Positions 7,729-17,197 are shown, numbered from the stretch's first letter. The stretch is DNA of 64,000 bases from an uncultured Oscillospiraceae bacterium (GCA_964459985.1 CAYWOS010000007.1:17920-81919), one strand, 5' to 3'. The notes: a model not told the origin generated them from the sequence alone. Translations and numbers: made by a program.

Positions 7729-9270
7729 TTACCTCCTTCTGCGCGACCGGGGAAGCAGGATCTCGACCTGCGTGAAGACATTCTGCTGGCTGCGGATGTG
7801 CATTTGCCCGTAATGCGCCCTGATCACGTTGAACACGTAGGACAGCCCGATGCCCCAGCTGTTTTTCTTGTTTTTCGTCGATACGTACGGCTGCTCGACC
7901 TTGTGCAGGATCTTGGCGGGAATGCCGCAGCCGTTGTCCCATACCGAAAAATACACCCAGTTGCGGCTGGTGTAGATCGTCAGGCGGATTTTAGGATGCT
8001 CCGGCGCGGCGGCGGCGAGCGCGTCCAGCGAGTTGATCAGTACGTTGCCCACGGCGTGGGTCATATGATAGATATCGAAAAAGAGCGGCAGCGTATCGCC
8101 GGGATAATCCCGTTCGATCTCGACGGATTCGGGCACGCGCAGATTGGCGAGCGCGGTTTCGACCGCGCCGATGAAATCGTTGCGGACGGTGCTGACGTTC
8201 ATGTCGTGCGCGTCGTTGAGCGTGCGCGCCAGATCGTCCATGTTCTGGTTGCACAGATCGAGGATTTTTTCCATCTTGCGGGCGCGCTCCAGCTCGTCCG
8301 CCGTTTCGAGCGCGTCCTGCGTCAGGATGCGGATGGTGAACAGCAGGTTCTTTTCGCTGTGCATCACGTTGCGCACGTTGGCGTACAGGGCGTTCAGATT
8401 CCTGCGGATTCCGCGCGATTTGAAAAAGCTGAGGATATAATCGTCGTGCAGGTGCATCAGCGTGACGAAGATCGCCACGAGCAGGATAAACGTGATGATG
8501 GGCAAAAGCGAGGTATAGAACACCGGCATCTGCAGGGGCAGCGTGAAGCGCCAGAAGCCGTACTGCATAACGTCCTGACAGGACACGCGGAACACGCCGG
8601 TGAAAAACAGCATGAAAAAGCTGATGTTCAATATAAGCAGCGTGCCCGCCAGCCGCAGCAGAAAGCCCGAAAGAAAGGTGATCCTGCCGCGCCGGTAATT
8701 GATCAGAAGGAACAGGACGGGCCACAGGAGATAGATCAGCACGCAGAATGTCATCGCCGAATCCGCCAGACGGATCAGCGAGACGAACTGCTGCATCCGC
8801 GCGGCATCCGTCAGCGTGTGATAATAATGGAAAAAGCGGTAGGCGGTCTGCGGATGATAAAAGACGAAAAACAAAAGCGGCAGGCCGATCAGGGGCACGT
8901 ACTGCAGTGCGAGCCGCCGCTTTTTGTCCGCCGCCTCGTCCAGCCTGACGCTGCTGCTGAAGGAGCGCACGAAACACACGATGCCCCCGAAATAGCCCAC
9001 GACGCCGGCGTTCCTGATGATCATCAGCGTGGACAAAGGGATTTTCATCATGGAATAGCACATCGCGTACAGCCGCGTCTCCAGCGAACGGATCAGGAAA
9101 TTGGCGGGCACCAGATAGTTGCTCACCCGCGCCACCTCAACCGTCAGCGAAAACATCGACAGCGTCATCGACACCACCAGCACGGCGTACAGGTAAAAGT
9201 ACTTATTGCGCCAGCCGTAGACCAGCAGCAGCGCGGTAAACAGCAAAAGGAGCAGGATGGTCATCGACAT
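7729..9270 (-). CDS. polytopic membrane sensor histidine kinase (no obvious extracytoplasmic domain)
   Basis: Track ORF trimmed to the ATG at 9270 (MSMTILLLL, GGAAGGAGG RBS). About 330 aa of multiple hydrophobic segments. H-box-like MHSEKNLLFT. HATPase N-box NVLINSLDA, G1 DNGCGI, G2 GIGLSY. Confidence 0.8.
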   Translation of the reverse strand: MSMTILLLLLFTALLLVYGWRNKYFYLYAVLVVSMTLSMFSLTVEVARVSNYLVPANFLIRSLETRLYAMCYSMMKIPLSTLMIIRNAGVVGYFGGIVCFVRSFSSSVRLDEAADKKRRLALQYVPLIGLPLLFFVFYHPQTAYRFFHYYHTLTDAARMQQFVSLIRLADSAMTFCVLIYLLWPVLFLLINYRRGRITFLSGFLLRLAGTLLILNISFFMLFFTGVFRVSCQDVMQYGFWRFTLPLQMPVFYTSLLPIITFILLVAIFVTLMHLHDDYILSFFKSRGIRRNLNALYANVRNVMHSEKNLLFTIRILTQDALETADELERARKMEKILDLCNQNMDDLARTLNDAHDMNVSTVRNDFIGAVETALANLRVPESVEIERDYPGDTLPLFFDIYHMTHAVGNVLINSLDALAAAAPEHPKIRLTIYTSRNWVYFSVWDNGCGIPAKILHKVEQPYVSTKNKKNSWGIGLSYVFNVIRAHYGQMHIRSQQNVFTQVEILLPRSRRRR

Positions 9271-9336
9271 GTCCCGCGCCTCCTTCCGTGCTCCGCATGA
9301 TCCCGTATACGGCGATATACATAACAAACCATTGTT

Positions 9337-9364
9337 ATTATACCAGAAAGGCATTCGTTTGCAA
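9337..9364 (-). promoter_or_regulatory. candidate promoter of the kinase/regulator operon (TTGCAA-16-TGgTATAAT, extended -10)
   Basis: Minus-strand -35 TTGCAA (9364-9359), 16-nt spacer, TGG + TATAAT (9345-9337). Confidence 0.45.
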
Positions 9365-9533
9365 GTTGTAAAAAACGTGCGCCTTTTTACGAAAAAAGCC
9401 CGAAAACCGCGCCGAAAAGCGGCGTCAGGCGCAAAAAAAACCAGTCTTGCGCAATGGACAAAAGCGTGAAATACTATGAGGCGTAGGGACGTTCCCATTT
9501 CGTCAGGTTCAACAGCATAAGGAGGAAAACGCC

Positions 9534-10889
9534 ATGAGAAAAACCCTGTCCTGGATTCTTGTCCTGTCCATGCTCCTGTCTCTGTGCGCGTTTGCCGGCG
9601 CTCTGGCGGACGACGTGACGACGATCACCGTCTGGTCCGACAACGCCCATGAGAAAGAGCTGCGCAACAAGCAGGTGGAAACCTTCAACGAAACGATCGG
9701 CAAGGAAAACGGCATCTTCGTGGAATACACGGTGTACGGCGACAACTATTCCGATTCCATCAAGATCGCCGCCCGTACCGACGAGGCGCCCGACATGTTC
9801 CGCGCCGACACCAAATGGATGCAGGATTTCGTGGACGCCGGCTATGTGACGCCGCTCACGAAGTTCCCGGGCGGCGACGAGCTGATCGCCAAGTTCGACG
9901 GCCTGCTCGCCAAGCAGTACCACATCTTCAACGGCGAAGTCTATACCCTGCCCTACAACCTGACCACCTATAAATTCGTGGTCAACGCCGATCTGTTCAA
10001 GGCGGCGGGGCTGGATATCCCCTACGACGGCTGGACGTGGGCCGACGTGCGCGCGTGCGCCAAGAAAATCACCGAAGTCGGCGCCGGCAAAGCGTACGGT
10101 TTCGGCCTGTCGCTCAAGTCCGCATGGACGCTTTCGAGCTATATCACCATGCCCGCCGGCTGCAACATCGGGCACTACGGCTACGACTGGAACGCCGGCA
10201 AGTTCAACTTCGCCGCGCTGACGCCCATCATCGAAGAGGTGTACGGCATGGCGCAGGTGGACGGCAGCGTGTTCCCGGGCTTTGAGGGACTGGACGGCGA
10301 CGGCGTTCGCGCGCAGTTCTCCGAAGGCCGCATCGGCATCATGGGCGCCGCCAGCTTCGACGCCGCCGTGTACAACGAGCAGTTCCCCGCCAAGTGCGAA
10401 TGGGCGGTCGTGCCCGAACCCGCCTTCACCGAGGAAGGCCATCCCTACAAGGAATTCGTGCAGCCCACCCAGCTGCTGGTCATGGGCAAGAAGGCGCTTG
10501 AGCATCCCGACAAGGCCATGATCGTGTACGACTACTTCTACAGCGACGAGTGCGCCGCCGCCATGTACGAGCAGGGCCTGTACGTGCCCATCCGCCAGCA
10601 GGCGATCGATCTGGCGACCAAGCAGCCCGACGCCAAGGGCTTTGCCGAATTCGCCGACATCGAGCAGAAGTTCGTCATGGGCGCCATGCCCGACACCCTG
10701 ATCTCCATCGAAGGCTCGGCGTACCGCGACGTGATCATCAGCCTGCTCTCCGGTCAGGCGGGCAGCGATGTGAAGGGTATGCTCGAGGATTGCGACGCGC
10801 GTTACAACAAGGCGCTCGAAGCCCTGACGCCCGAACAGCTGAACCTGTTCCGGCTGCCCGAAGGCACGAGCACCGAGCGCGCCAAGTAA
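9534..10889 (+). CDS. CUT1-family sugar ABC transporter substrate-binding protein
   Basis: 451 aa. Signal peptide with Cys (LLSLCAFAGALA). AAGGAGGA RBS. Followed by two MalFG-type permeases. Confidence 0.85.
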   Translation: MRKTLSWILVLSMLLSLCAFAGALADDVTTITVWSDNAHEKELRNKQVETFNETIGKENGIFVEYTVYGDNYSDSIKIAARTDEAPDMFRADTKWMQDFVDAGYVTPLTKFPGGDELIAKFDGLLAKQYHIFNGEVYTLPYNLTTYKFVVNADLFKAAGLDIPYDGWTWADVRACAKKITEVGAGKAYGFGLSLKSAWTLSSYITMPAGCNIGHYGYDWNAGKFNFAALTPIIEEVYGMAQVDGSVFPGFEGLDGDGVRAQFSEGRIGIMGAASFDAAVYNEQFPAKCEWAVVPEPAFTEEGHPYKEFVQPTQLLVMGKKALEHPDKAMIVYDYFYSDECAAAMYEQGLYVPIRQQAIDLATKQPDAKGFAEFADIEQKFVMGAMPDTLISIEGSAYRDVIISLLSGQAGSDVKGMLEDCDARYNKALEALTPEQLNLFRLPEGTSTERAK

Positions 10890-10907
10890 GGAACCTTTTT
10901 CCGGACG

Positions 10908-10937
10908 ACGGCAGGCGCGGGCAACTGCGCCTGCCGT
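10908..10937 (+). other. intercistronic stem-loop after the binding-protein gene
   Basis: ACGGCAGGCGC (10908-10918) pairs with GCGCCTGCCGT (10927-10937) around an 8-nt loop, followed by TTT. Confidence 0.5.
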
Positions 10938-10991
10938 TTCCGGGATACGAAGGACGCGCGCCGTCCGTTGATCAAGGCAAGGAGGAGCGGT

Positions 10992-11915
10992 ATGTTACAA
11001 TCGCGCGCGAAAGGCGTAAGGCGACTTTCCTTCAGGCAGGATTCCGTGCAGGCCGTGATGATGCTGGCGCCCATGCTCGTGGGGTTCGCGCTGTTCACGT
11101 ACGGGCCGATCCTCTATATTCTCAGGTTTTGCCTGTACAAGGCAAACGATTTCAAGGCGACATACAACGGCGTTGACAACTTTGTCCGTTTGTTTACCCG
11201 CGACGGCGCGTTCTGGGACGCCATGCTCAACACGCTGCTGCTCTCAGTGGGCAAATTGATCATCGAGCTTCCGCTCGCCATGGTGCTCGCCCTGCTGCTC
11301 AACCGCGGGCTGAAAGGCACGGGCTTTTTCCGCACGACGCTGTTCCTGCCCGCCATTACCTCGACCGCCATCGTCGGGTTGGTGTTTTCCCTGATGTTCG
11401 CCAGCTTCGACGGCATCGTCAACAACATCCTGCAAAACGTCGGACTGATCGCGCGCCCCATCAACTGGATGGGCAACAAATGGACGGCGCTGGAAATGCT
11501 GGGGATCGCCTCGATCTGGAATTACTTCCCCATCAACATGATCTATTTCCTGATGGCGCTTCAGTCCATCCCCCGCGAAATCTACGAATGCGCCGAGCTG
11601 GACGGCGTCACGCCCTGGAAACGGTTTTGGAAAATCACGCTGCCCATGATCGCCCCCATCGCGCAGGTGGTCGTCCTGATGGCGATCGTCGGCTCGCTCA
11701 AGGTATCCGATCTGGTGCTCGCCTCCACCAACGGCGCGCCGGGCGGCAAAACGGAAGTCATCATGACGTACGTGTTCAAATACTTCTTCGGCTATTCCGG
11801 ACGCGCGGTCGAGATCGGCTACGCCTCCGCCATGTCGGTGGTCACGGGAATTTTTCTCGCCCTGATATCGCTGATCTATATGCGCTCGACCAACAAAATG
11901 AATCAAATCTATTGA
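10992..11915 (+). CDS. sugar ABC transporter permease (MalF/UgpA-like)
   Basis: Track ORF 10968 (TTG) trimmed to the ATG at 10992, which follows an AAGGAGGA RBS. Multi-pass protein with EAA-like loop ECAELDGVTPWKRFWKITLPM. Confidence 0.85.
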   Translation: MLQSRAKGVRRLSFRQDSVQAVMMLAPMLVGFALFTYGPILYILRFCLYKANDFKATYNGVDNFVRLFTRDGAFWDAMLNTLLLSVGKLIIELPLAMVLALLLNRGLKGTGFFRTTLFLPAITSTAIVGLVFSLMFASFDGIVNNILQNVGLIARPINWMGNKWTALEMLGIASIWNYFPINMIYFLMALQSIPREIYECAELDGVTPWKRFWKITLPMIAPIAQVVVLMAIVGSLKVSDLVLASTNGAPGGKTEVIMTYVFKYFFGYSGRAVEIGYASAMSVVTGIFLALISLIYMRSTNKMNQIY

Positions 11916-11930
11916 GAGGAGGGCGGCGCA

Positions 11931-12782
11931 ATGACGATAACGACGCGGAAAAGGCTGACGGCGTGCCTGACCTATCTGGCGCTGGGCGTGATCTTCGTGT
12001 TTGTGATCTTTCCGGTCTTTTACACCTTCATGGGCTCGTTCAAGAGCAATCAGGAGCTGCTCACCTCGGGCAGCACGATCATCCCCGAGCGCTTCGTGCT
12101 GGACAACTACCGGCAGGCGTGGCGGCTCGCCAATTTTGCGCAGTACACATGGAACAGCGTGTACATGTCCTTCTTCATCGTGATCGGCACCGTGATCACG
12201 AGCACGGTGGCGGGCTACTGCTTCGAGCGGGGGCGCTTTAAGGGCAAGAATCTGCTGTTCACCGTCATCGTGTCCTCGATGTTCGTATCGCTGGGCAGCC
12301 TCACGCTGTACCCCACCGTCATGATCGCCAAGTTTTTCGGCATCAACAAATCGCTCTGGGGCGTCATCCTCATCCGCGTGCTGGGCATGAACGTGACCAA
12401 CCTGTTCATCACGCGCACCTACATCCGCACGCTCTCCCCCGAGATCGACGAGGCGGCGAAGATCGACGGCTGCTCGTTTTTCAGCACGTTCGTGCACATC
12501 ATCTTTCCCCTGCTCAAGCCCCTGATCGCCACCATCGCGATCCTCGAGTTCCGCCACAGCTGGAACGATTATATGATGCCGATGGTCTTCACCATGGCCA
12601 ATCCCGACCGCATGCCGCTCGTGGTGGGCGTCGTCAGCCTGAAAAGCTCGGGCGAGGCGGCGTCCTCGTGGAACCTGATGCTGGCGGGCACGGCGATCTC
12701 GATGATCCCCATGATCTTCGTGTACATGGTGTTCAACCGCTACTTCATCGCGGGCATGACGGCGGGCGCCGTAAAAGGATGA
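11931..12782 (+). CDS. sugar ABC transporter permease (MalG/UgpE-like)
   Basis: 283 aa. EAA-like loop DEAAKIDGCSFFSTFVHIIFPLLKP. Confidence 0.85.
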   Translation: MTITTRKRLTACLTYLALGVIFVFVIFPVFYTFMGSFKSNQELLTSGSTIIPERFVLDNYRQAWRLANFAQYTWNSVYMSFFIVIGTVITSTVAGYCFERGRFKGKNLLFTVIVSSMFVSLGSLTLYPTVMIAKFFGINKSLWGVILIRVLGMNVTNLFITRTYIRTLSPEIDEAAKIDGCSFFSTFVHIIFPLLKPLIATIAILEFRHSWNDYMMPMVFTMANPDRMPLVVGVVSLKSSGEAASSWNLMLAGTAISMIPMIFVYMVFNRYFIAGMTAGAVKG

Positions 12783-14815
12783 GCGGGGCGGGCGGTTTTG
12801 CCGGATCGGGCGCGGCGCGGTTCGGCGACGAGCGGCTGCGCGCGGCCTGCCGGGAGCGCGGCGTCGCCTGCGACTACATCCTGATCAGGGACGGGACGCT
12901 GCCGGAGGCGAGCTATGCCGCCGACGCGCGGGGCGATACGCACATCCTTCGCGCCGCCGACGAGGAGGGCGCGCTGGCGGCGCTGCTCGATCTGAAGGAC
13001 AGCGTGGAGGCGCGCGGCGCGCCCCTGCTCGATAAAGGGCTGCACGCGCCCGCGATCCGGCGCAGGGGGATCAAATTGAACGTGCCGCTCGACGTCCGCA
13101 CGCCGAGCTACTCCGACTGCGGCGACAGCGCGCAGGAGAACATCGCGGCGATGTGGGACGCGGCGTTCTGGCGCGGGCTGCTGGACAGGATGGCGCTCAA
13201 CCGCTACAACACGCTGACGCTGTGGAACCTGTGCCCCTTCCCGTCGATGGCGCGCGTTCCGGAGTACCCGGACGCCGCGCTTGACGACGTGATGGTTTCC
13301 TCGGCGATGGCGGGCGGCACGTCGCGCGCGCTGGGCTTTTATACGCCCGCGATGCATGACAACCTGATCTGCGTCAGGCGCATGACCATCGCGGAAAAAA
13401 CGGCGTTCTGGAACGGCGTGCTGGCGTACGCGCGCGATCGCTGCATCCGGGTGTATCTGTTCACGTGGAATCTGTACCTGTACGGGCTGGAGGACACGGG
13501 TTACGGGCTGACCGAGCGCGCGGACGACGGGGAAACGCGGCGGTACATCCGCGCCTCGACGGCGGCGCTGATGCGCGCGCTGCCTTTGCTCGCGGGCATC
13601 GGCGTCACGGCGGGCGAAAACCTGTGCGCCGAATGGACGGACAATCAGGACCTGCGCTGGGTGCGGGAAACCTACGGGCGCGGCGTCGAGGACGCGCTGG
13701 CGGACGATCCCGACCGCCGCTTTACCCTGATCCTGCGCACGCACATGACCACGCTCCCGCAGTTCCGGGAAGCCTTTTCCGACTACCGGGGCGAGGTCGA
13801 TATCAGCGTCAAGTACGCCATGGCGCACATGACGGCGACCGAGCGGCCGCGCTTCTGCGATGATCTGATCGCCGCCAAGCCGCCGGGCACGGGGATGTGG
13901 ATGACGCTCAGACAGGACGATTTCTACACCTTCCCGTGGGCGGACGACGAGTTTCTCGAAGCGCTCCTCCGGCAAATGCCCAAGGCCGACCTGCGCGGGT
14001 TCTACTACGGCGCGGACGGCGTGATCTGGGGCGTCGACCGGCAAAGCCGCGTCGAGGCGCTCAACGGACGGTACTTCATCGACAAGCATTTCTTCGCGTT
14101 CGCGCTGATCGGCCGGCTGGGCTGGCGCGGGACGGTATCCGACGCGGAAAAAATCGCCTGCCTCCGCGCCTTCCTGCCGGGGCTTCCGCCCGAAAAGCTG
14201 CTCGTCAGGCTTCGCCTCGCATCCCGCGCCGCGCGGCTGATCGGGCTGGCGCACTGGCGCAATTACGATTTGCAGTGGTATCCCGAGGCGTGCTGCTATC
14301 TGGACGAGCCCGACCGCACGACGGCGTTCGACGATCTGAACGAGTTCGTTCGCTGCGGCGCGTGCCCGGGCGCGGGCGTGGCGTCGGTGGCGGAAACGGC
14401 AGCGGGCGCGGGCGCGCAGCCCCGGAACGCGCTGGATGTCGCGGACGACATCCTCCGGTATGCCGATCTGGCGGACGCCGTGCCCCTGCCCGGGGGATCG
14501 GGCGACGCCGAGCGCGAAATGTGCGCCGATCTCGCGCGGATCACGCATCTGGCGCGATACTACGCGTGGAAACTGCGCGCGGCGGTCGCGCTGGCGCGCG
14601 GGCGGGCGCGCGGGGACGAGCGGGCGCTGCGCGACGCGGCGGGGCATATGCGCCGGGCGGAAGCGCATTGGCGGCGCTATTCCGCCGAAACGGCGGCATG
14701 GTACAAGCCCCGGCGGTTGAGCCGGCTGCGCGGCGTGGTCAGCCCGGACATGTGGGACGGGCGCGTGCAAAGGGATATCGATATCTGTGAAGACAGGAGG
14801 AACCATTCATGCTGA
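12779..14815 (+). CDS. hypothetical cytoplasmic protein, putative glycoside hydrolase (family not recognised)
   Basis: Track ORF 12668 trimmed to the ATG at 12779, which overlaps the permease stop (ATGA). No signal peptide. Segments RGIKLNVPLD, LNRYNTLTLWNLCPFPSM and IRVYLFTWNLYLYG suggest a TIM-barrel hydrolase, but I cannot place the family. Confidence 0.45.
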   Translation: MSGAGGFAGSGAARFGDERLRAACRERGVACDYILIRDGTLPEASYAADARGDTHILRAADEEGALAALLDLKDSVEARGAPLLDKGLHAPAIRRRGIKLNVPLDVRTPSYSDCGDSAQENIAAMWDAAFWRGLLDRMALNRYNTLTLWNLCPFPSMARVPEYPDAALDDVMVSSAMAGGTSRALGFYTPAMHDNLICVRRMTIAEKTAFWNGVLAYARDRCIRVYLFTWNLYLYGLEDTGYGLTERADDGETRRYIRASTAALMRALPLLAGIGVTAGENLCAEWTDNQDLRWVRETYGRGVEDALADDPDRRFTLILRTHMTTLPQFREAFSDYRGEVDISVKYAMAHMTATERPRFCDDLIAAKPPGTGMWMTLRQDDFYTFPWADDEFLEALLRQMPKADLRGFYYGADGVIWGVDRQSRVEALNGRYFIDKHFFAFALIGRLGWRGTVSDAEKIACLRAFLPGLPPEKLLVRLRLASRAARLIGLAHWRNYDLQWYPEACCYLDEPDRTTAFDDLNEFVRCGACPGAGVASVAETAAGAGAQPRNALDVADDILRYADLADAVPLPGGSGDAEREMCADLARITHLARYYAWKLRAAVALARGRARGDERALRDAAGHMRRAEAHWRRYSAETAAWYKPRRLSRLRGVVSPDMWDGRVQRDIDICEDRRNHSC

Positions 14816-15243
14816 CGCTCACAAGGGAAGCAAACGGAAGAATGATCGTGGTGTCCCTCGGACGGGGCGAAATGCTGCTGGAGGGCATCGAGCGGGCGAT
14901 CAGGGAAAACGGCGTCCGCGACGCCGTCGCGGTATCCTGCATCGGCACGCTGTCGTCGATGACGTGGCACCGCGTAATGACGCTCGACATGAAGCCCGAG
15001 GTCGAATACCCCGTCGTGCACGGGCCGCTTGAATTGTGCGCCGTGCAGGGGCTGGTGGTGAACGGCGCGCCGCACTTCCATCTGGTCTGCTCGGACAAAA
15101 ACGGCGTGTACGCGGGGCATCTGGAACCGGGCTGCGAGGTGCTCTATCTGGCGGAAATCGCGCTGATGGAACTGACGGGCAAGCCGCTGCGCAAGGCGAT
15201 CGACGAAAACGGGCTCAGCCAGTTGACGCCCGACGACGAATAA
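14809..15243 (+). CDS. PPC (DUF296) domain protein
   Basis: 144 aa. Fits the DUF296 pattern: GRMIVVSLGRGEMLLEGIERAIRENGV...GAPHFHLVCSDKNGVYAGHLEPGCEV. Overlaps the upstream stop by 7 nt. Confidence 0.6.
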   Translation: MLTLTREANGRMIVVSLGRGEMLLEGIERAIRENGVRDAVAVSCIGTLSSMTWHRVMTLDMKPEVEYPVVHGPLELCAVQGLVVNGAPHFHLVCSDKNGVYAGHLEPGCEVLYLAEIALMELTGKPLRKAIDENGLSQLTPDDE

Positions 15244-15255
15244 GGAGGAATCCAC

Positions 15256-15963
15256 ATGATGAACCGGGATGAACTGATCAGGGAAATCCGCAAGTATCGC
15301 TGCTCCGACCTGTCGGACGGCATGGACGCCCTCGGGCTTGTCGACAAAGGCACCATGAGCGAAAAAATGCGTCCTCTGCGTCCGGGCATGGAGTTCAAGG
15401 GCTACGCCTTCACGGTCAAGCTGCTGCGCAAGCAGGACGGCGTGAAAAGCTGCGCGACGGTGGAGGAATGGCGCGAGGAGCTGGGCAGGGGCTGCGGCGA
15501 CATCTATCGCTTCGTGGATGAAATCACGCCGGAAAGCGCCCGGGACATGGTCGTCGTGATCGATATGGACGGCGTTCGCGGCGGCGTGTGGGGCAGCGAG
15601 ATCGCCATGAACACCATGATTCGCGGCATCAGCGGCGCCGTCGTGGACGGCGGCTGCCGCGACAGCTATGAAACGAATCTGGAGGGCGCCAACGTGTTCT
15701 GCACAAGCCGCACCTTCACGCATTCCTACGGCCGCGTCACTTTCGGCGGCACGAACATCCCCGTCAACTGCGCGGGCGTTCAGGTCAAGCCGGGCGACAT
15801 CATCTGCGCCGACGACGACGGCGTGCTGGTAATTCCCTTCGAGCGCGCCGAGGAAGTGATGAAGTTCGCGCGGATGCAGCTGGAGGACGATATCAAAACG
15901 CGCGGCGACCACTATAAAAAGCTCGGTTTTGAACAAGACGACACGCTCAAGCGACTGGGGTGA
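15256..15963 (+). CDS. RraA-family protein (RraA / HMG-CHA aldolase / oxaloacetate decarboxylase fold)
   Basis: 235 aa. Family core GGVWGSEIAMNTMIRGISGAVVDGGCRD and GDIICADDDGVLVIP. Confidence 0.75.
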   Translation: MMNRDELIREIRKYRCSDLSDGMDALGLVDKGTMSEKMRPLRPGMEFKGYAFTVKLLRKQDGVKSCATVEEWREELGRGCGDIYRFVDEITPESARDMVVVIDMDGVRGGVWGSEIAMNTMIRGISGAVVDGGCRDSYETNLEGANVFCTSRTFTHSYGRVTFGGTNIPVNCAGVQVKPGDIICADDDGVLVIPFERAEEVMKFARMQLEDDIKTRGDHYKKLGFEQDDTLKRLG

Positions 15964-15967
15964 CGAT

Positions 15968-17197
15968 ATGACGGACAACGCCTTTGCGTGCAGGCGCGCG
16001 TCGCGCGCGATCCGCCTGATCGATCGGGAGGGCCGTCCGCTAAAGGGCGTCGGCGTCCGCGCCGAATTGACCTCCCACGAGTTCCTGTTCGGCTGCGGCG
16101 CGTTCGATCTGCTGCCCATGCTGGATGAAAACACGCCGGCCGACGAAAAAGCGCTGCTGCAGACGCTGTGGACGGCGTGGCGGGAAATCTTCAATTTCGG
16201 CACGCTCCCCTTCTATCAACGGAAGTACGAGCCGCAGGAAAACAAGCCGGACGTGCGACGCATGCTGCCCGCCGCGCGCGAGATGTCGCGGCTGCGCCTG
16301 ACCGCCAAGGGGCATCCCCTGTGCTGGCACACACAGTCGGCGCTCTGGCTGATGGGGCGAACGCCCGAAGAAGTCCTTGATAACCAGCTCAACCGCGTGA
16401 CGCGCGACGTGAGCGGGTACGCCGGACTGGTGGATATGTGGGACGTGATCAACGAAACGGTCATCATGCCCGAGTTCGTCAAGGAAGACAATGCCATCAC
16501 GCGTCTTTGCCGGATCAAGGGCCGCGTGCCGCTCATCAAAGCGCTGTTTGACGCCGCGCGCGCGGCGAACCCGCGCGCCGTGCTGCTCATCAACGATTTC
16601 AACCTCAGCCCCCGCTACGCGCGCGTGATCGCCGAATGTCTGGACGCCGGCGTGCCCATCGACGCCATCGGCCTGCAAACGCATCAGCATCAGGGCGCGA
16701 TGAGCGTGGAAAAGCTCGCCGAGATCGTCGACCGCTTCAGCGTTTTCGGGCTGCCGCTCCATTTCACGGAAAACACCTTCGTGTCGGGGCATTTGATGCC
16801 GCCCGAGATCGTGGATCTGAACGATTACAAAATCGCGGATTGGCCGAGCACCGCCCAAGGCGAGGAGAGGCAGAAGGACGATCTCCTTCGCATGATCGAT
16901 TTCCTGTTCGCCCGCCCGCAGGTCGCGGCGTTCACGACATGGTGCGTCGTGGACGGGCGCTGGCTGGGCGCGCCCGCCGGGCTTTTGAGAAAAGACGGCA
17001 GCAGAAAGCCCGCCTTCGACGCGCTCAAAAAGCGCGTGAAGCGGGACTGGCACACCGACGCCGCGCTGCAAACCGATCAGACGGGCGTATGCGTGCTGGA
17101 GGGCTTCCGGGGCGACTATCAGATCACGGCGCTCGGGAAAACGACGCCGATGAAGCTCCTGCCCAATGAGGACGAATTCGTGATCAGCATGCCGTAA
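15968..17197 (+). CDS. GH10-like glycoside hydrolase (endo-1,4-beta-xylanase family), cytoplasmic
   Basis: Trimmed to the ATG at 15968. No signal peptide. GH10-like motifs HEFLFGCGAF, GHPLCWHTQ, MWDVINETV, IGLQTHQH, LHFTENTF. Confidence 0.6.
   Translation: MTDNAFACRRASRAIRLIDREGRPLKGVGVRAELTSHEFLFGCGAFDLLPMLDENTPADEKALLQTLWTAWREIFNFGTLPFYQRKYEPQENKPDVRRMLPAAREMSRLRLTAKGHPLCWHTQSALWLMGRTPEEVLDNQLNRVTRDVSGYAGLVDMWDVINETVIMPEFVKEDNAITRLCRIKGRVPLIKALFDAARAANPRAVLLINDFNLSPRYARVIAECLDAGVPIDAIGLQTHQHQGAMSVEKLAEIVDRFSVFGLPLHFTENTFVSGHLMPPEIVDLNDYKIADWPSTAQGEERQKDDLLRMIDFLFARPQVAAFTTWCVVDGRWLGAPAGLLRKDGSRKPAFDALKKRVKRDWHTDAALQTDQTGVCVLEGFRGDYQITALGKTTPMKLLPNEDEFVISMP

Noticed and set aside
12668-12778. 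Upstream start (12668) for the 678-aa hypothetical protein, and GTG 55822 for the LplB-like permease.
   Set aside because: Both extensions overlap upstream coding or intergenic sequence without an RBS. The downstream starts (ATG 12779 in an ATGA overlap, TTG 55750 after GAGGAGGAA) fit the translational-coupling and RBS patterns seen elsewhere in the window.
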